Shown: positions 12,704 through 27,772 of the stretch, one piece after another
Numbering within the stretch: the first letter of the stretch is position 1
Layout of the letters: the number at the start of each line of letters is the position of its first letter
From: Octopus sinensis
Lineage: Eukaryota
Reading direction: 5' to 3'
DNA: 64,000 nucleotides
Assembly (NCBI RefSeq): GCF_006345805.1
Contig: NC_043009.1
Location: forward strand, 49,538,001-49,602,000
Notes under the pieces: generated by a model
What the model saw: the letters and a program-made list of their open reading frames with translations, nothing else
The model's database searches: none
What the model was told of the DNA's origin: nothing
Program-made: the position numbers and the translations under genes

Positions 12704-14794
12704 ATATATATTTAGTGACAGTTGAGGTTAAGTCCGACATATTAATGTCAACCGTGACAGTCCAGACCAGAGAGAAAAACTAAAGACACATATGTGACAA
12801 TGTAATACTAGAATTGATGGCAACAGTGTAATGTGTTGTTAAAGTACAGAAAATCCAGTGCAAGGAAATGTAGAACTGTAAAATTTAATGGTGATAGTGT
12901 AATTTCAGTGTGAAATCTAAAGATACAACGGGTGTAAAGTTTTATAGCGTAGTACTAATCTAGTGGTAAAACATTTTAAACCATAGTATTATCACTAGTA
13001 GTATTAAAAACGTAGCCATAGATCAACAAATTTCTTGATAAAAGTGTTTGTAGTAATGCCATTAGAATGAGAGAAATAAAGATCAATTGAGCATTTAGTA
13101 GAGGTAGCTATCATAGAATTTTATAGTCAGATGTTTGTATAGGTATATCAGCATCATTACAATGTTTACATTTCCATGCTGGTCATATTTATTAAAAGTA
13201 CGTAAGATATTTCATAGTCATGTTTGTATATAAAGAAAGAAATGCTTGGCCATCACCCACATGGAGAGACACTCTTTTGGGCCCCACCACACCTGACTTA
13301 GCAGAACACTGAGGATGTGACAGCTTGAGGGAGAGGCCCTGCTCAAAGACACAACATGTAGCCCAGCCAAGGAATTGAACTTACGTCATCAAGGTAAAAC
13401 CCAACATTCTAACCACTAAACAAAGCAGCCGTGTAAGTGTGAATGAATGACTCCATCATTGTATTAACATCCTGAATGTGTGTGTGTGTATGTGTGGTGT
13501 GTGTATGTATGTATCATTGTGTTAATTGAAAAACTAAATGTCTAAAATTCACACATGCATGCATATACACACACATACAATGGGCTTCCAATTTAACTCA
13601 CAAGACCCAAGGGTAATAGTAAAAAACATTTGTCCAAGGTGTTGTACACAACAACAGAACTCAAAACCATACAGTTACAAAGCAAACCCTGTACCCACAC
13701 AGTCATATCTATGCCTGTGGTGCTTAATATAATAAAATGCCATACTGTATATTTTTAACAAGAGAAGTTTACATTTGTTTGCCTCTATAAATAAAATTAT
13801 CAACAAAACTCAAAACAGAAGTGTATTTCCCAATAAAAACGAAATAAAACTTCCACTACAGAATAATGCTGCTAGGACAATATATGAAAAAAAAAAAAAA
13901 AAAAAAAGATGATAATAGAATAATAATAATGATTGCAAAAAAAAAAGGTGAAAAAAAAGAAGTAAAACCAGTGCATGCAACTAACTCTCTTAAATTCTTT
14001 AAAAAGTGAAAGCAAATATTTGGAATTGTTTCACATAAACTATGAATGATATAGTTTATCCCGCTATTTCCTGCTCACAAACACTGCAATGCTTGCAGCA
14101 AAGAGATATGCATAGAATTACAAGGAAACAAGTATAAAGTTGCAGTAATGGAAGACAACGAAGGCAAGACAGATTTTACTTGTAAAATCTAAACTGTACA
14201 CATTGAGTGGGAAACATACAAAATGATCCAAGCAATTTATCGAAGGAAATTAGAAAATTAATTCATTCCTTCCAGATAAAACCTTATGAAAAACGACAGG
14301 ATATTGAAAATTCAGCAACAAGGTCAGGGGAAGAGAATTATGGTAGCGGGAAGGAGAAAGGCAGCAGAAACACTAGTTATTATGTATATAAATTCATTTA
14401 GTCCACAAGCAAGATTGTAACATGGTTATACAAGATTTACATAGACTGTTTCTAATCCGCAATATATCGATAAACTGAACAGTATTCGAGCTTTTATTTC
14501 ACTGAAAGTATTTTTAAGAAATATATGTACAGAGAGAGAGAGAGAGAGTGAGAGAGAGATTAAAATTTATTATAAATAGCTAGGTAGACAGATATACATA
14601 CATACACGTATACATATAAGAATATTAACACATACACACACTGATAAATATGTACAGATAGATGAACGTGTATAAGCCTGAATACACAGCAGTAAACATT
14701 GTATGTATTTAAAAAAAAAATTAAGCGTTACTGCTTATGAGAGAGAAAGTGGGTTTGGAGGGAGATTATATTTTTACCTATGTATTAGATCCGT

Positions 14795-14978
14795 GTTGTG
14801 GATCCATGGAATAAGCTGCCGGACGAGATAGTGAAGATGCCGACGACTGCTCGGTTCAAAGTCTCCCTTGACCACAAGTGGCCCGAACTCTTTACATGAA
14901 CACCACCCTGTACATAACTCCATGTCCCTCTACATGGCCTTGCTTTTTGCTTTTTGAGCCAAAAATTAACTAACTAAC
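14795..14978 (+). mobile_element. 5'-truncated CR1-type LINE 3' end
   Basis: Encodes ...DPWNKLPDEIVKMPTTARFKVSLDHKWPELFT*, near-identical to 30300-30495. The 3' UTR has a CCATGT/ACATGG stem and a (TAAC)n tail. Confidence 0.85.
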
Positions 14979-16599
14979 ATATTTAAAGTGTGAAAATAGC
15001 TACAACTAGGAATTAAAACCAGGTTTTGGACTGTACTCTCTTGAAGTTCACCTCTTATTTTGCAGCACAGCATCATTTCACTGGAGACATACATTGTGTA
15101 TATATATATCATCTTATATTCACGTCTCAATATCTTTTATCATCCGTTTGTGCTCATTTTTCCAGGGTGGTATGGACTGGACAGATCAAGACAACTTGAA
15201 TCAGTTTTTATTTGAAGTTACTATCCTTCAAGATGAGTGAGAGACCGTATCTTACATGTACAACCCATTTTAGGAATGGTTTTAATGGCTGGATACCCTT
15301 CCTGCGGCCAAACTATTTTAGAAAACTGTACTGGATGAATTTTATCATGGCATCACCATTGGAAGAGTTTCCACATCCCCAGCAAAATTAAAGAGTACTC
15401 TCTACCCTAGCATGTCTGTTTATTCATCACCTAACATATATAAGCACTGCTGCCTATAATCTTCACCATGTGCAAGACTTTCATTCAAATCATACATATC
15501 TACTACATCAGCACAGTTTTCTTCAGCACACACTGACCAACCAACCAATAACTTTGAATCTGTTGTTTGCTGCTCATTTAACTGTCATAACAACTCATCT
15601 CTGGAGTCTACGCTCAACTCTTCAATTCATTCCATTCTTCTTGCTGCCTCAATCGATCACAAAACCTTTCACCTCCACCCCACCTCAAAAATAAAACAAA
15701 ATAACAAAGCAAACAAAAAATTTTTAAAAAAACAGTTACAACTAAAACATTTTTACTACTATTAATTTATCATAAATATATAACTACACTACTTTATGTC
15801 AGTTAAGCTTTCCTCTCCATTTGGGCTGGTATAGTCAGACCATTTAATCCATACTTTAATAATGACGATGATGGCTGTGTTAGTGGTAGTAGAGCTTAAC
15901 TATGATGGCAAAAACTAACTAAAGAATTGAAGAACATCTCAACTTTAGATAGAGTTTTTTCCCACCCAGAATAGGGATCTGTTAAGCTCAGATATTTTTA
16001 AAATAATAATTTTTTTAAAGGTTGGCGAACACACACTTAGATTCCAACAGAAAGTTGCTTACAGAAAACTGAATTTACGGGAACTGCTTGCATAATCTTT
16101 ACTGCAGTTATTACCATTATTTTGTCGTATCATTGTTCGTGGTTGGGGAAAATAATTCTTAGTAACTACACAGACTTGGAGCATTAGCGCCATTGATTTT
16201 CTCACCATTTCTTATTTCAAGACATGCTTACTGAACAACTATGGTAAATAACATAGGAAAATATACATCATTAAAGGAAACTATTGAAAATGCTTACCAT
16301 TATTGTTACTTATCAAGAGAGGAAGAGAAAGAAAATAAAAAAAAAAAAAATATATATATATATAAAAAAGGATGAAATGGTAGAAAAAAAAATTGATTTT
16401 TGTCTATATGGCTTCTTTATATTTTTACAGTTGTTATCTTAGTAGGTATTTATCTACTGATTTTTTTTTATAAAGAAATTCTTGTTAGTGTGGGTGATAA
16501 AGAAAAAGAAATACCAGCAGAAATAGTTTCTTAGACTTTTCTTCCACTTCACCCCTATGAAATTCAATAAATTGTCAGAGAATGGCAGTCAAAGTGTGA

Positions 16600-16675
<76 letters not shown>

Positions 16676-17381
16676 TATGTATATATATATGGATATGTGT
16701 CTATGTGTATATATTTGTGTGCGTGTATGTTATAGTGTTTTTGTAATTTTTTTTTTCTTAATTCAAAGAAAAAAAAAGATTTTCTTTCTTCAGTTTCCTT
16801 TCCCTTGGAAGATCGGTTAAAATGTAGCAATGATCAGATAATCAGCATAACTGTTCCATTATGCATAATTATAGCTCACTGAGTAACAGGACATAAAGTG
16901 AGGTATTATATATGTTGTCTTATTGCTGCTCTAAATAAGAAAATTTTAGGAACAAGAAAGAGAGAAATAAAAAAAAAATAATAATAATAATAATACAAAA
17001 ACAAAAGAGCTAACATGTTCTTGCAAAAATAAAAAGCAAGCTGTGAGGAGGGTATGAGGGTATGAATAAATATTAGCCAAACCTAAATGGTACACATATG
17101 CAAAATAAAAATTAAACCACAAAACGAACCTCCTTACCCTTATGCGTTCAAGAGAAAAATACAAATATATGAAGTTTTATGTGTGTGCGTTTATGTAGGT
17201 ATATGTGTGCTTTGAAATATGTTATGTATTATGTTATGCGGAATAGGTACATAGAGAAAGATGAAGAGGGTGAGAGATAGAGAGAGAGAGATGGAGGACT
17301 AGATAATGGAGATATAAAAACAGTGAGATAATAAAAGAGAAAGAAAGAGGCGAGGAGAGATTGCGAAAAGGAAGGAACTGG

Positions 17382-17434
<53 letters not shown>

Positions 17435-17672
17435 ACAGGCAGAAAAAGGAGAATGGAAGTAGAGAGAGAGACAGACTGTAGAGTTTAAAGAGATAAGGAG
17501 AGAGTAAAAAGTAGGAAATGAGAGAGAAACACACACACACACACAAACATGATAATACACAGAGATTAACAGACCTGGAGAAAGATACACGGACAGGCAG
17601 AATGTGTATGTATGTTTTAAAGAGAGGTAGAATGTGTATGTATAAGAGAGAGAGAAAGAGAGAGACAGAGAC

Positions 17673-17708
<36 letters not shown>

Positions 17709-18934
17709 TGAGTGGGGTTGAGGACAGAGAGATGGGAGAAGGTTGGGAAAGAAAGAGCAGACTGTGAATAAATCTTATTGGAATGACAGAAACAATGCAG
17801 TGTGGGGCTTAATGTCTTTCAGTATTGAATTTCATCTTTCTACATTCTGTGTTCAAATCCTACTGGAGTTTCTCCAAAGGCAAGCAGCTCCTTTCATCCC
17901 AGGCATGTGTAATGGGATTGGTTCAATTCACTAATCACCCCCCACCACCCACCCACCAGTCCCCCTTCCAATGAATTTGTGGCCTTGTGTCAATGCAAGA
18001 AATCATGATTTGACAAATACCGAGTCCTTTTATATTTGCTTGTGCCATATTCCTGGAATAATAATCTATTTGGGTTTCCCCCCAACACCCCCCTTTTCAC
18101 AGAAGTTATACAAGTCAAAAAGAGATTCTACATGGCTGGCTAACCTATTAGAAATAGCAACTGAAATTTTTCTGCCTTGAAAAGACAAGGTCACATTCAA
18201 TAACATAGTCCTGGATTAGTAATGCATGAGAAGGACAGGGTGGTTACATTCTTTTTTTCTTGATCTAGAGGAGGGTGCTTGTGCTCTTCATGGTCTTCAC
18301 AAGCCTCCTGAGGCCAGTGAGTCCATTTCAACTAGAGATCCTCTTGAAATAGTTGCAAGCTGATGGGCATGACTAGAAAGCTTTTGATCATAGGTCTGCC
18401 CAGTCAGAGCTGACCTGGGGCTAAATAACAATAAAAACAACTAAAGTTACAATCAACAATTTCATCTCCCACCTCTCCACATACTAAATTTGCACAACCA
18501 AATGTGTATGCATGTGAGTGAGTGTGAGATTGCCCTAAGATTGATCCTAGGATTTATATCTTACTAGCAACATCAAACATCACCACATGACCCCTTTACT
18601 CTTCTCTGCTTACCCCATCCCCCCTTCTCCTCTTCATCTTCTCCCTTTCTGCTAGAATGGGAGTTGAGACAACTCCAATGGGCTGTGATATTGATAGCAT
18701 ATACTGACAATTTCTGCTCTGGGATTGTCTAGTTTTTGTGGTGTGGTGGGGAGAAAGGTCATGTAACTGTGACCTTTTTCTGCCTACCTCCCCTCCACCC
18801 TCTTATCATCAGCATATCATCACAGCCCACTTCCAACTAAATGACTCTTCCTAATAATGACTGAATACTTATGATGTACTGCAGCAGAGGACTGGTAGGA
18901 GGTGGAGTAGTTAGATAAAGAAAGATAGAGGGGA

Positions 18935-18935
<1 letters not shown>

Positions 18936-19003
<68 letters not shown>

Positions 19004-19038
19004 CAGTAGTAACAGCAGCAGTAGCAGCAGCAGCAGTA
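18936..19038. repeat. (AGT)n/(AGC)n trinucleotide array
   Basis: Directly visible; similar arrays near 21226, 30830, 40617 and 62936. Confidence 0.95.
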
Positions 19039-19971
19039 GTGGTGTTGGTGGTGCTGGTATTAACAGTAAAATCTGTACTGAAAGAACAAGACACTCTTCC
19101 TTCCCTGCTCAACGTTTCCTTATTCCTGAACAAGGTAGGCAAAAAGCAGTAGAAAGATACTCAAGCTAATAATCCAGGCAGTCAATAATCCACTGTGAAG
19201 TTCAAAATTGGAGTTCCAAGGTTAAATCTAGAGGAAATAGGTATCTCACTTAAGGAAGTAGGTAGTTAAGTTGCTTACTATATTGTGTTGGCTTCACATA
19301 GACAAATTGTTAAATAACTGAAACAACCAAGCAATATTCCTTGGTCTCAGAGTCTGTGAGCATAAGAGAAGGAGGAGAGGAAAGTGAAAGAGACAACGAG
19401 AAAGGGAGGGAGATGAGAAGGACTGGATGGGTGTGTGTGGGGGGATAGGTGTAAATTCTGATTGCAGTTTGAACTAGAAACATTTTCATTGTAAAGTGAA
19501 AATTTGTTGAAATCAAGACAAAGTTCAGTTTTGAAAGGACATCATTTGCTGTGACAAATTGGCAATGGGGGTTTACAAGTGTCCCCATGACATCCACTGA
19601 CAGACATGGCTTTCAACCCCTCTCCCTTATCCCCTTTAGTCTGTTTATTGTTCTACCATATATGACAGTGCTTGTGTGGTAAGTAACCAGTAACAAAAGT
19701 GCCCCCTAGCAATCACTTAGTGTGTTAGGAGTTACTATATATATATATATATATATATATTCTTTTCATTGATTTGGTATGGAAGAAGGAGTTGCACCCA
19801 TTACATTCATAGAGCCTTTTAAGACAGATGGTTAATGCCTTTTCCCTGCCCCCTGAATAGCTAGAAGAAAAGTTACAAGGGAAGGAATTCCAAAGGCCAT
19901 TGATGTGGAAAGCAAAACCCATAGATAAGTTTGTTGAGTTGTGTGTATGAATTTACGTCTATATATATATA

Positions 19972-20368
19972 TACTCTCTTTTACTTGTTTCAGTCATTTG
20001 ACTGTGGCTATGCTGGAGCACCGCCTTTAATGGAGCAACTTGACTCTGGGACTTATTCTTTGTAAGCCCAGTACTTATTCTATCAGTCTCTTTTGCCGAA
20101 CCACTAAGTGACGAGGACATAAACACACCAGCATCGGTTGTCAAGCAATGCTAGGGGGACAAACACAGACACACAAACACATACACACACATATATATAT
20201 ATACATATATACGATGGGCTTCTTTCAGTTTCCGTCTACCAAATCTGCTCACAAGGCATTGGTTGGCCCGGGGCTATAGCAGAAAACACTTGCCCAAGAT
20301 GCCACACAGTGGGACTGAACCCGGAACCATGTGGTTTGTTAGCAAGCTACTTACCACGCAGCCACTCT
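19972..20368 (-). mobile_element. Near full-length tRNA-derived SINE, family A
   Basis: Reverse complement of 23712-24098, with A-box TGGCTGCGTGGT, B-box GGTTCAGTCCC and an internal (TA)/(TG) tract. Confidence 0.9.
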
Positions 20369-21289
20369 ACATAGTAGAATTTATTTCTTTATTTAATTGA
20401 AGATGTGGGTTCTTCACAAAGAATTTGATGTGACAAGAATGACAATGGTGCACATTAAGCTCCCAAGCATCTAATTGCTAGTCAGGTAATGTGTGTGTGA
20501 ATCACACTAACACCATGACCACCACTGCTGTCATCACTACCACCACAACTACTATCACCACTATTATACACAAGCAATCGAGAAATCAAATAAAACTATC
20601 CAACATCTTTACCAGAATTGAACTTGAGAACACAGAAGCTTCTTATAAAATGTAGCTACACTGGCTGGCTTGAAGATTAAGGAGAAACATTAAATAAAAA
20701 GAAGGATAGGGAAAAGGTGGGAAGAGATTAAAAGGAAGAAACAAAGAAAGAAAGAAACTGGAGAACTGTGTAAAATACATGTGGTTGTAAGTTAATCATA
20801 GAGTATGTAAATAATGGTGAAAGTTACAGTGGAACCAGATGGAGAAACGTCTTGGGTTAAAAACCAAAGAGCATTTACAAACTTACATGAAGAACCATTT
20901 AATGTCAGTAAGATCCAACAAAGGTATGAGAACATGATGTATATAAAGACAAGAATGATCTACACATTTTGGTTGACTTTTGGAAACGATAAAAACCAAT
21001 AGACGAAATTCCGGTTCAGAAGCTGAAAACTATGAAGTTTTTTATTTGTCTTTCTTTCTTTCTTTCTTGTGTGTATGTGTGTGTGCGTGCATGTGTGATT
21101 TCACTAGAAACTAGTTACCAAGGAATACTACAAAAATATTTTATTCTTAATTCCCTGTGTAATCCAACCATAAAAAGCATATGACTAGTGAAAGCCACAA
21201 GTAGTTGCAATAACAACAACAGTAGTAGTAGTAGTAGTAGTAGTAGTAGATTGAGGGAGGAAGAGATAAATGAATGGATGGTTAGATGT

Positions 21290-21307
21290 ATATGTATGTG
21301 TATATAT

Positions 21308-21342
<35 letters not shown>

Positions 21343-21418
21343 GATATATAGATATATAAGATATATATATATAAGATATATATATATATATATATATATA
21401 AGATATATAGATATATAT

Positions 21419-21467
<49 letters not shown>
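21290..21467. repeat. Degenerate (TA)n array
   Basis: Directly visible. Confidence 0.95.
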
Positions 21468-21470
<3 letters not shown>

Positions 21471-22188
21471 GTTGGATGGATGAATGGATAACTAGACAGA
21501 CTGATAGATAGATGAATATATAGAAGGATATATATGACCGTTCCAGTATTGATTTCTGAAAATTTATTGAAAACTGCAACACAGGAATGATAGCATCTCT
21601 TTTCTTGAAAATGTCTACCAAATGCACTTAACCAATGACAATATCCATTAGTGAGAGACTACAACAACCATAACAGCAACAACAACTACATCAACAACAA
21701 CAAGGTTAAAGATATAAAGATATGTAGTTTTCATTTCAGTAAGTTTTTTTTTTTTTTTTTACTTTTCATTTTGTAGTTGTTGTTGTTGCTCTCCCAAAGC
21801 ATAGAACTGCATGCATGTACATATACATGCACATGCATGTATATGTAAATGTATACAATATTGCACCTGTCTACTGATGTCTTTTGATTTGAATCTTCAA
21901 ATATATTGATACGGTTTTATTGATTGCAGTTCAATACTCTCTCTCTCTCCCCTCCCCTCTCTCTATCTCTCCCTCTCTGTCAATCTGCTTGTCATCTCTC
22001 TATCTCTCCCTCTCTGTCAATCTGCTTGTCCTCTCTTCTTCTCATCCACCAGGTAAAAGAGAAGATGGGTTGGATGATAGACAGGTGGGGTGAGTTATTT
22101 ATCTATTTATCTATGGTTTTAGATATGGCATTTTGCAAGAAAAGTGAAGGCTTGTTGAAATATTCACTGGGGAGAGAGGTAGATAGAC

Positions 22189-22264
<76 letters not shown>

Positions 22265-23669
22265 CTGGGTGAAGACAAAGAGGAAGACACCCAAAACTGT
22301 AGAAGTAGTTTAATGAAAGAAAGAATGATGCGCCGGATAGATAGATGTAAGGTAATGACAAAAGGAAAAGGAAAATAAGAATATGAGAGTAGAGAAGAGA
22401 AGAGAGAGGAACAGAAGATGAAAAGAAGAGAAAGAGAATAAAGAAGTATAGTACGGTAGTAACAGTAAATGGGATAAAAAAATGGAAAACAATAGTTGAG
22501 GCTACTGGAAGTTTGGTGGTGGAGAGGAGATGGGAATAATATAAAATATAAAAAAAATGTGCAAAAAATCAAAGAGAAGGCATCTATAAAAGAAGTATGA
22601 AAGTAAAAACATAAACAAATGAGGTAAAAGAAAAAGAAATATATATTCTATCCCCATCATCTGCCCCCTTAATGATTTCGGTAGAATCCCATCATTCAGT
22701 GCAGTGAAAGAATCTTTGATCCTTAATGTCCAGCACACTCTATTAGGAAGGAATCAACCAACAGCTAAAAAGAACTATCAAGGGATCCTAGAATAACAAT
22801 GCCACCTTGCAACAATGGAGTCCGCTTCTGTGTGGTTGGTCACTTGAAACTGCTAGAATAAGCAGCCAGATCTCCCACAAAGCATGCCTTACCGTTTCTC
22901 TTAGAAAAGATAGCATGACTGGAATAATTTTGGTTGCAGTTATTTGTTCAATCCGAGCTGACTAGGGGCACAAAGCAACCAAAGGAATACTAACTGTAGT
23001 ATTCGAAAGTGTGAAGCTTTTGTTTTTATAGAGAAAACTATAAAAGAAGGATGGTCGTTTATGCTTTGTACGCATGATTGCCGTTCTTCATAGATTTCAT
23101 AGCTGTCTTCCATTGTTGCAGAGCAGAAAAGAAAGGTGTGAAACCTTGCGTAAGAACATACCAGCACCCACACCCACCCATGCATATTTTATATTTTATT
23201 TTTTTTCTACAGAGAAAAGGTTGACTTTTTACATCAATGTTCTGCTGAGGTGGCCTTTGTCAGGCAGTCTGTTGAAAGATATTGTGCTGAAGCTTTGAAG
23301 TAACTGTCAACCTCTACCTTGTAAAATAAATAAATAAATAAATAAAAACCCAATAGTATGAAACTCCACTGAAGGGTATTGAATGATCTTTCAATTTAAT
23401 GTTTCACTGTTTCCGTATATAATAGCATATAAAAACAAACATAGATACACACACAGATATTTATCTATCTATTTATATATGCACATGCATACATATATTA
23501 ATTTTGGCATTAAGAAGGGCATCCAGCATAGAAACTTGGCTATAGCAAAACAGATGCTAGAGCCTGATGCAGTCCTCAAATCTGTCAGATCCTGTCAACC
23601 TGTCCAACAAAGGCTATATATGGAAGATACTTGGAAGATGATGATGATATATGTGTGTGTGTGTGCGCA

Positions 23670-23711
<42 letters not shown>

Positions 23712-23713
<2 letters not shown>

Positions 23714-24098
23714 CGCAGGAGTGGTTGTGTGGTAAGTATCTTGTTTACCAACCATATGGTTCCGGGTTCAGTCCCACTGCGTGGCACCTTGGGCAAGTGT
23801 CTTCTACTATAGCCACGGGCCAACCAAAGCCTTGTGAGTGGATTTGGTAGACGGAAACTGAAAGAAACCCATCGTATATATGTACATATATATATACGTG
23901 TGTGTGTTTGTATGTCTGTGTTTGTCCCCCTAGCATTGCTGGTGTGTTTATGTCCCTGTTACTTAGCGGTTTGGCAAAAGAGACCGATAGAATAAGTACT
24001 GGGGCTTACAAAAGAATAAGTCCCGGGGTCGAGTTTCTCGATTAAAGGCGGTGCTCCAGCATGGCCGCAGTCAAATGACTGAAACAGGTAAAAGAGTA
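23712..24098 (+). mobile_element. Full-length tRNA-derived SINE, family A
   Basis: Starts GGCGCAGGAGTGG with Pol III A and B boxes (GGTTCAGTCCC) and ends GACTGAAACAGGTAAAAGAGTA. Inserted next to a (TA)n tract. Confidence 0.92.
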
Positions 24099-25036
24099 AT
24101 ATACATACATGCAGAAGTGTAGTTAGTCCCTGGTAAGAATTGAAATGCAGACCAGCTGTGAAATAACACAGGTAGAAAACACACTTGCACAAAGACGTGT
24201 GCAAGTGAGATTAGTAATCTAGAAATCCACATTAATCTCCACTATGTATGAAAGCCATAACTGAAACTTCATAGTTCTAAAACCACTTTCTCTTTGTGAA
24301 TGGACACATTACCACCACCACCATCAACATCATCATCATCATCACTCACCAACTGTATAACCATCACCATCATCGTCGTCAATATTAACTCCTTATTTGC
24401 AAAACTGCTTGACTCTTAATAGACTGATTAAGTACTACTATCAACACCAGCACCACCGCTGCCACTACTACAACCATCATCAAAACTATGTTATTGCTTT
24501 CGACAACGCTTTAGTTTTGTTACTTCCTGTTTTATAATGTGCAATGCCAGACAGTTGATGGTGTTGGGCAACAAATTCAATACAGTTTCTAATCCCATAC
24601 ACATCCAATATCACACTGAAACAATTCCAATGAGTCAAGCTGATAAATAATGTGAATGTAAGGAATTCATTCAAGACTTTGCTTTCAGCTGAAGTTTTAG
24701 GAGATTGCTTGTGTGTGAAAGTAATATAAATGGGTCAATTAGATCAGGCCGTGTCAGATTGCCATATTAACAACGCTTTCTGCAATTATCCCACAGCTTC
24801 AATGTTGCACACATGCCCAGACAATTGATTAATACCAAGTAATGCATACATATTGAAATCTTGGAGCAGTTTGGTGAAATTAGCATTAGAAATGCTTCAA
24901 GTGTCATTTCACAATCGATGCTGCTCAAAGACTACTAAGAATAGAGTAGTGAATACAATGAGCAAGTTATAAGAAGAAAATAAAAAAAGAAACAACATGG
25001 CTTTATTAGATTGTCGGGACATCACTGAAGGCTTAC

Positions 25037-25050
25037 CTTTGCCTTTTCTT
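25037..25050 (-). other. Candidate 14-nt microexon (AAGAAAAGGCAAAG)
   Basis: Minus strand reads CTAAC branch-like motif, TTTGCTTGCTTCTTTCACTATAG acceptor, exon, GTAAGC donor. Could be a chance match. Confidence 0.25.
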
Positions 25051-25096
25051 CTATAGTGAAAGAAGCAAGCAAAGTTAGTTTAGCATTTAGTGTAGC

Positions 25097-25380
25097 ATCA
25101 TCATCGTCATCATTTAGTGTCAGTTTTCCATGGTGGTATAGGTAAGCTGGGTTGACTGGAGCTGGTAAGCCAGGGAGCTGCACTAGGTTTCAGTTTATTT
25201 TGGCTTGGTTTCTATGGCCAGATACCCTTCCTAACATCAACCACTCCACTGAGTGTACTGGGTGTCTTTTAAATGTCACTGGCATGGATACCTTTCACGT
25301 GTCACCAGCACAGGTAACTTTTACATGTCACTAACACTGGCCATGACTGTGATTTAACTTTGCTTGACATGTCTTCTCTT
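25097..25380 (-). mobile_element. Diverged family C SINE-like copy
   Basis: (CAT)n tail at the left, then similarity to 56527-56670 (ggtttctatggccagataccctt...). Confidence 0.7.
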
Positions 25381-26553
25381 TTTACCAAAATCAATATTCC
25401 CCTCAGACCTGTTTTCCCCTTGTACCTAGGACTTATTGTATAATATACTTAGGGACATTTTACATTTCATCAAATACTTCAAAAGTGAAATACGTAATAT
25501 TCATAGCACTTTCTAAATTACACTCTGACCTATAGATTAGGAACTGCAGGTGTAGCAAACTTTATTCCTCTTCACGCTATTGAATTTTGTGGGTACGAGG
25601 TCTATGATACTTTACATGAAGAAGTTGTAAAATTCATAAATTCATGAAAAATCGTTGAAGTAAAATGAAATGGTTGAAAACGGGTACCATGATTGTAATT
25701 GAGATCAGGAACTGATTACAACCATCATATTAAGCAAATGTATTGTGACCTGCTAGAAATAACAGCCAAATTGCTTCAAATTCTCTCATGCTGTCTTAAA
25801 AAAAGAAAGGACACATCAAACAAGGTTTTATTTGGCATTTAAAAAATGAAATAGTTGTGGGCATTGATTATGGAGCTAAATGATAACAATGATAAAAACA
25901 TATTGATTTAAAGTTCAAATGTAAAATTGGAAACATAGAGTTTATTTCTCTTAAAATTTAGACCAAGCTATCAAAAAGTAGTTAAGACTGCTAAAAAAAG
26001 ACTTTTAAAAAAATGAAGTTCAATGAGTACATATGAAGAGGAGAGAAAGAAAAATGAACAGAGAAGGAAGACTATGTTATCTATTTCTATGAAAACTAAA
26101 ACATACAACAAACAACAGTAGTTTCTTTGTCTTTCTCCACCTTCTATTCTCTCTCAATGAAGCCATTGTTATAAGGTTAATATACTTGTAAAACATAACA
26201 CACTAGTTTCTTGATAAATCTAAATAAAACAGCCTTTTAAGTAAAACAAGTGAAATAACATTTGAGACAATAAAAATTGTTATCAATGTAGATTCAAAAC
26301 TATTTTCAAAGTAACCTCACAGTTTAAGAACAATTATTTTATATTGTTCTGTTAAGACAACACTAAAATGTAACTGCATTCAATACAAACACAATCACAT
26401 CATTCAAGTACTCTGTTATTAGTGCAACCAAAACAAGTTAATGACATGGTAACTAAAATAACAAATGAGGAATTATGAGAAAGTTACCTGTGTGGTAAGG
26501 AAAATAAAACCAGCAGTCTGGTTTGAAATTATGTTGGCTTTTGTTTTCAACAG

Positions 26554-26607
26554 AAATTAATTGAAAACTGTTCTTCAAAAAGAAATCTTTGTTTACATTC
26601 TAGACAG
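26554..26607 (+). CDS. Candidate 54-nt exon (KLIENCSSKRNLCLHSRQ, phase 0)
   Basis: TTGGCTTTTGTTTTCAACAG acceptor and CAG/GTACAG donor. Only phase 0 is open. No homology evidence. Confidence 0.25.
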
Positions 26608-27772
26608 GTACAGTCAAAGATAATTTGATTGACAGTTTTCGAAACAAGTGGAGGTTTTCAAATTCAGGACATGCATCAAATTTAGAAATTGTTTAATTTT
26701 CTAGGAAATTTATTCCAATATTTAGCTATCATATAATTTTTTTTCACTTAACACTCAGGATATGAAATTAAGGAAGAATTTTATCAATCTGAAAGTTTGG
26801 CCAAGGGCCACAATAATTTCATTTGTTTCAAGAATATATCTTTAACTGTTATTTACTTAGACTGAGATGAGTTCTAAATTAGTAATATCTATAATCAAAT
26901 GCATTCCAACCATGCTTATCCTGTTATTATTACAGGCTGGGTATCTAGGATTATGTTATCTAATGTGTCTTTGATTAAAGAGAGATTTGTCTAACACATA
27001 AACCAACTATAAGGTGGCTCCCATAATCAAAGATAATATATATATAGTTAGGTCACTTGCTGCTCTTAAAATAAACTTCAAGATAGGTTTGTGTAAACCA
27101 AATAAATAAATTGTTAAAGATGTGACACCTAAGTTCATTAATTGAACTTAAGAAAATTCTAAATTCATTGAATTGCACTATTTAAAATATCTTCTTTTTT
27201 TTTTTTTTTTTACTATATGAAATCCTATTTTAAAATTGACTTCCTTCTTAGAGACCACTAATGTCAAGAATATACAATTTTCCAATGAGTGAAGTCAGTG
27301 ATTTATCAAGTTTGATCTCTTGTGGCAGCTATTTAACTTATGCCACTAATACCATTTAAAATAAAAATGATACAAAAAAAAAAAAAACTATCCTTAATGT
27401 AACTTAATCTCATTTCCCCTCAAGTGTAAATCCGAGGTTCTGTGCTTAAATTAAAAAAAAAAGAAGTCATTCTTCATTTATTTATTTCTTAGTAACAGGA
27501 TCCTTTTTTTATAAAGGATGAAGGGAAATTAGTTTACTGATTCAACCCAAAATATTGTTCTGACTTGCACTTTGAATCATGTGTGAAAGTCAGAATCACG
27601 AGATACTGGAGTTAGAAGCAATAATACTCTGTATTTGATTTGCAATCTGGCCTTCGCACGCTCAGTTTAACATTGATGTATTACAGTTAAAGTATTTAAA
27701 AGTACGAAGGTTAAAGTACTTAAAAGTACTTTAGCCATAGTATATCACTGTACTGGAAACCAAACAATTTCT

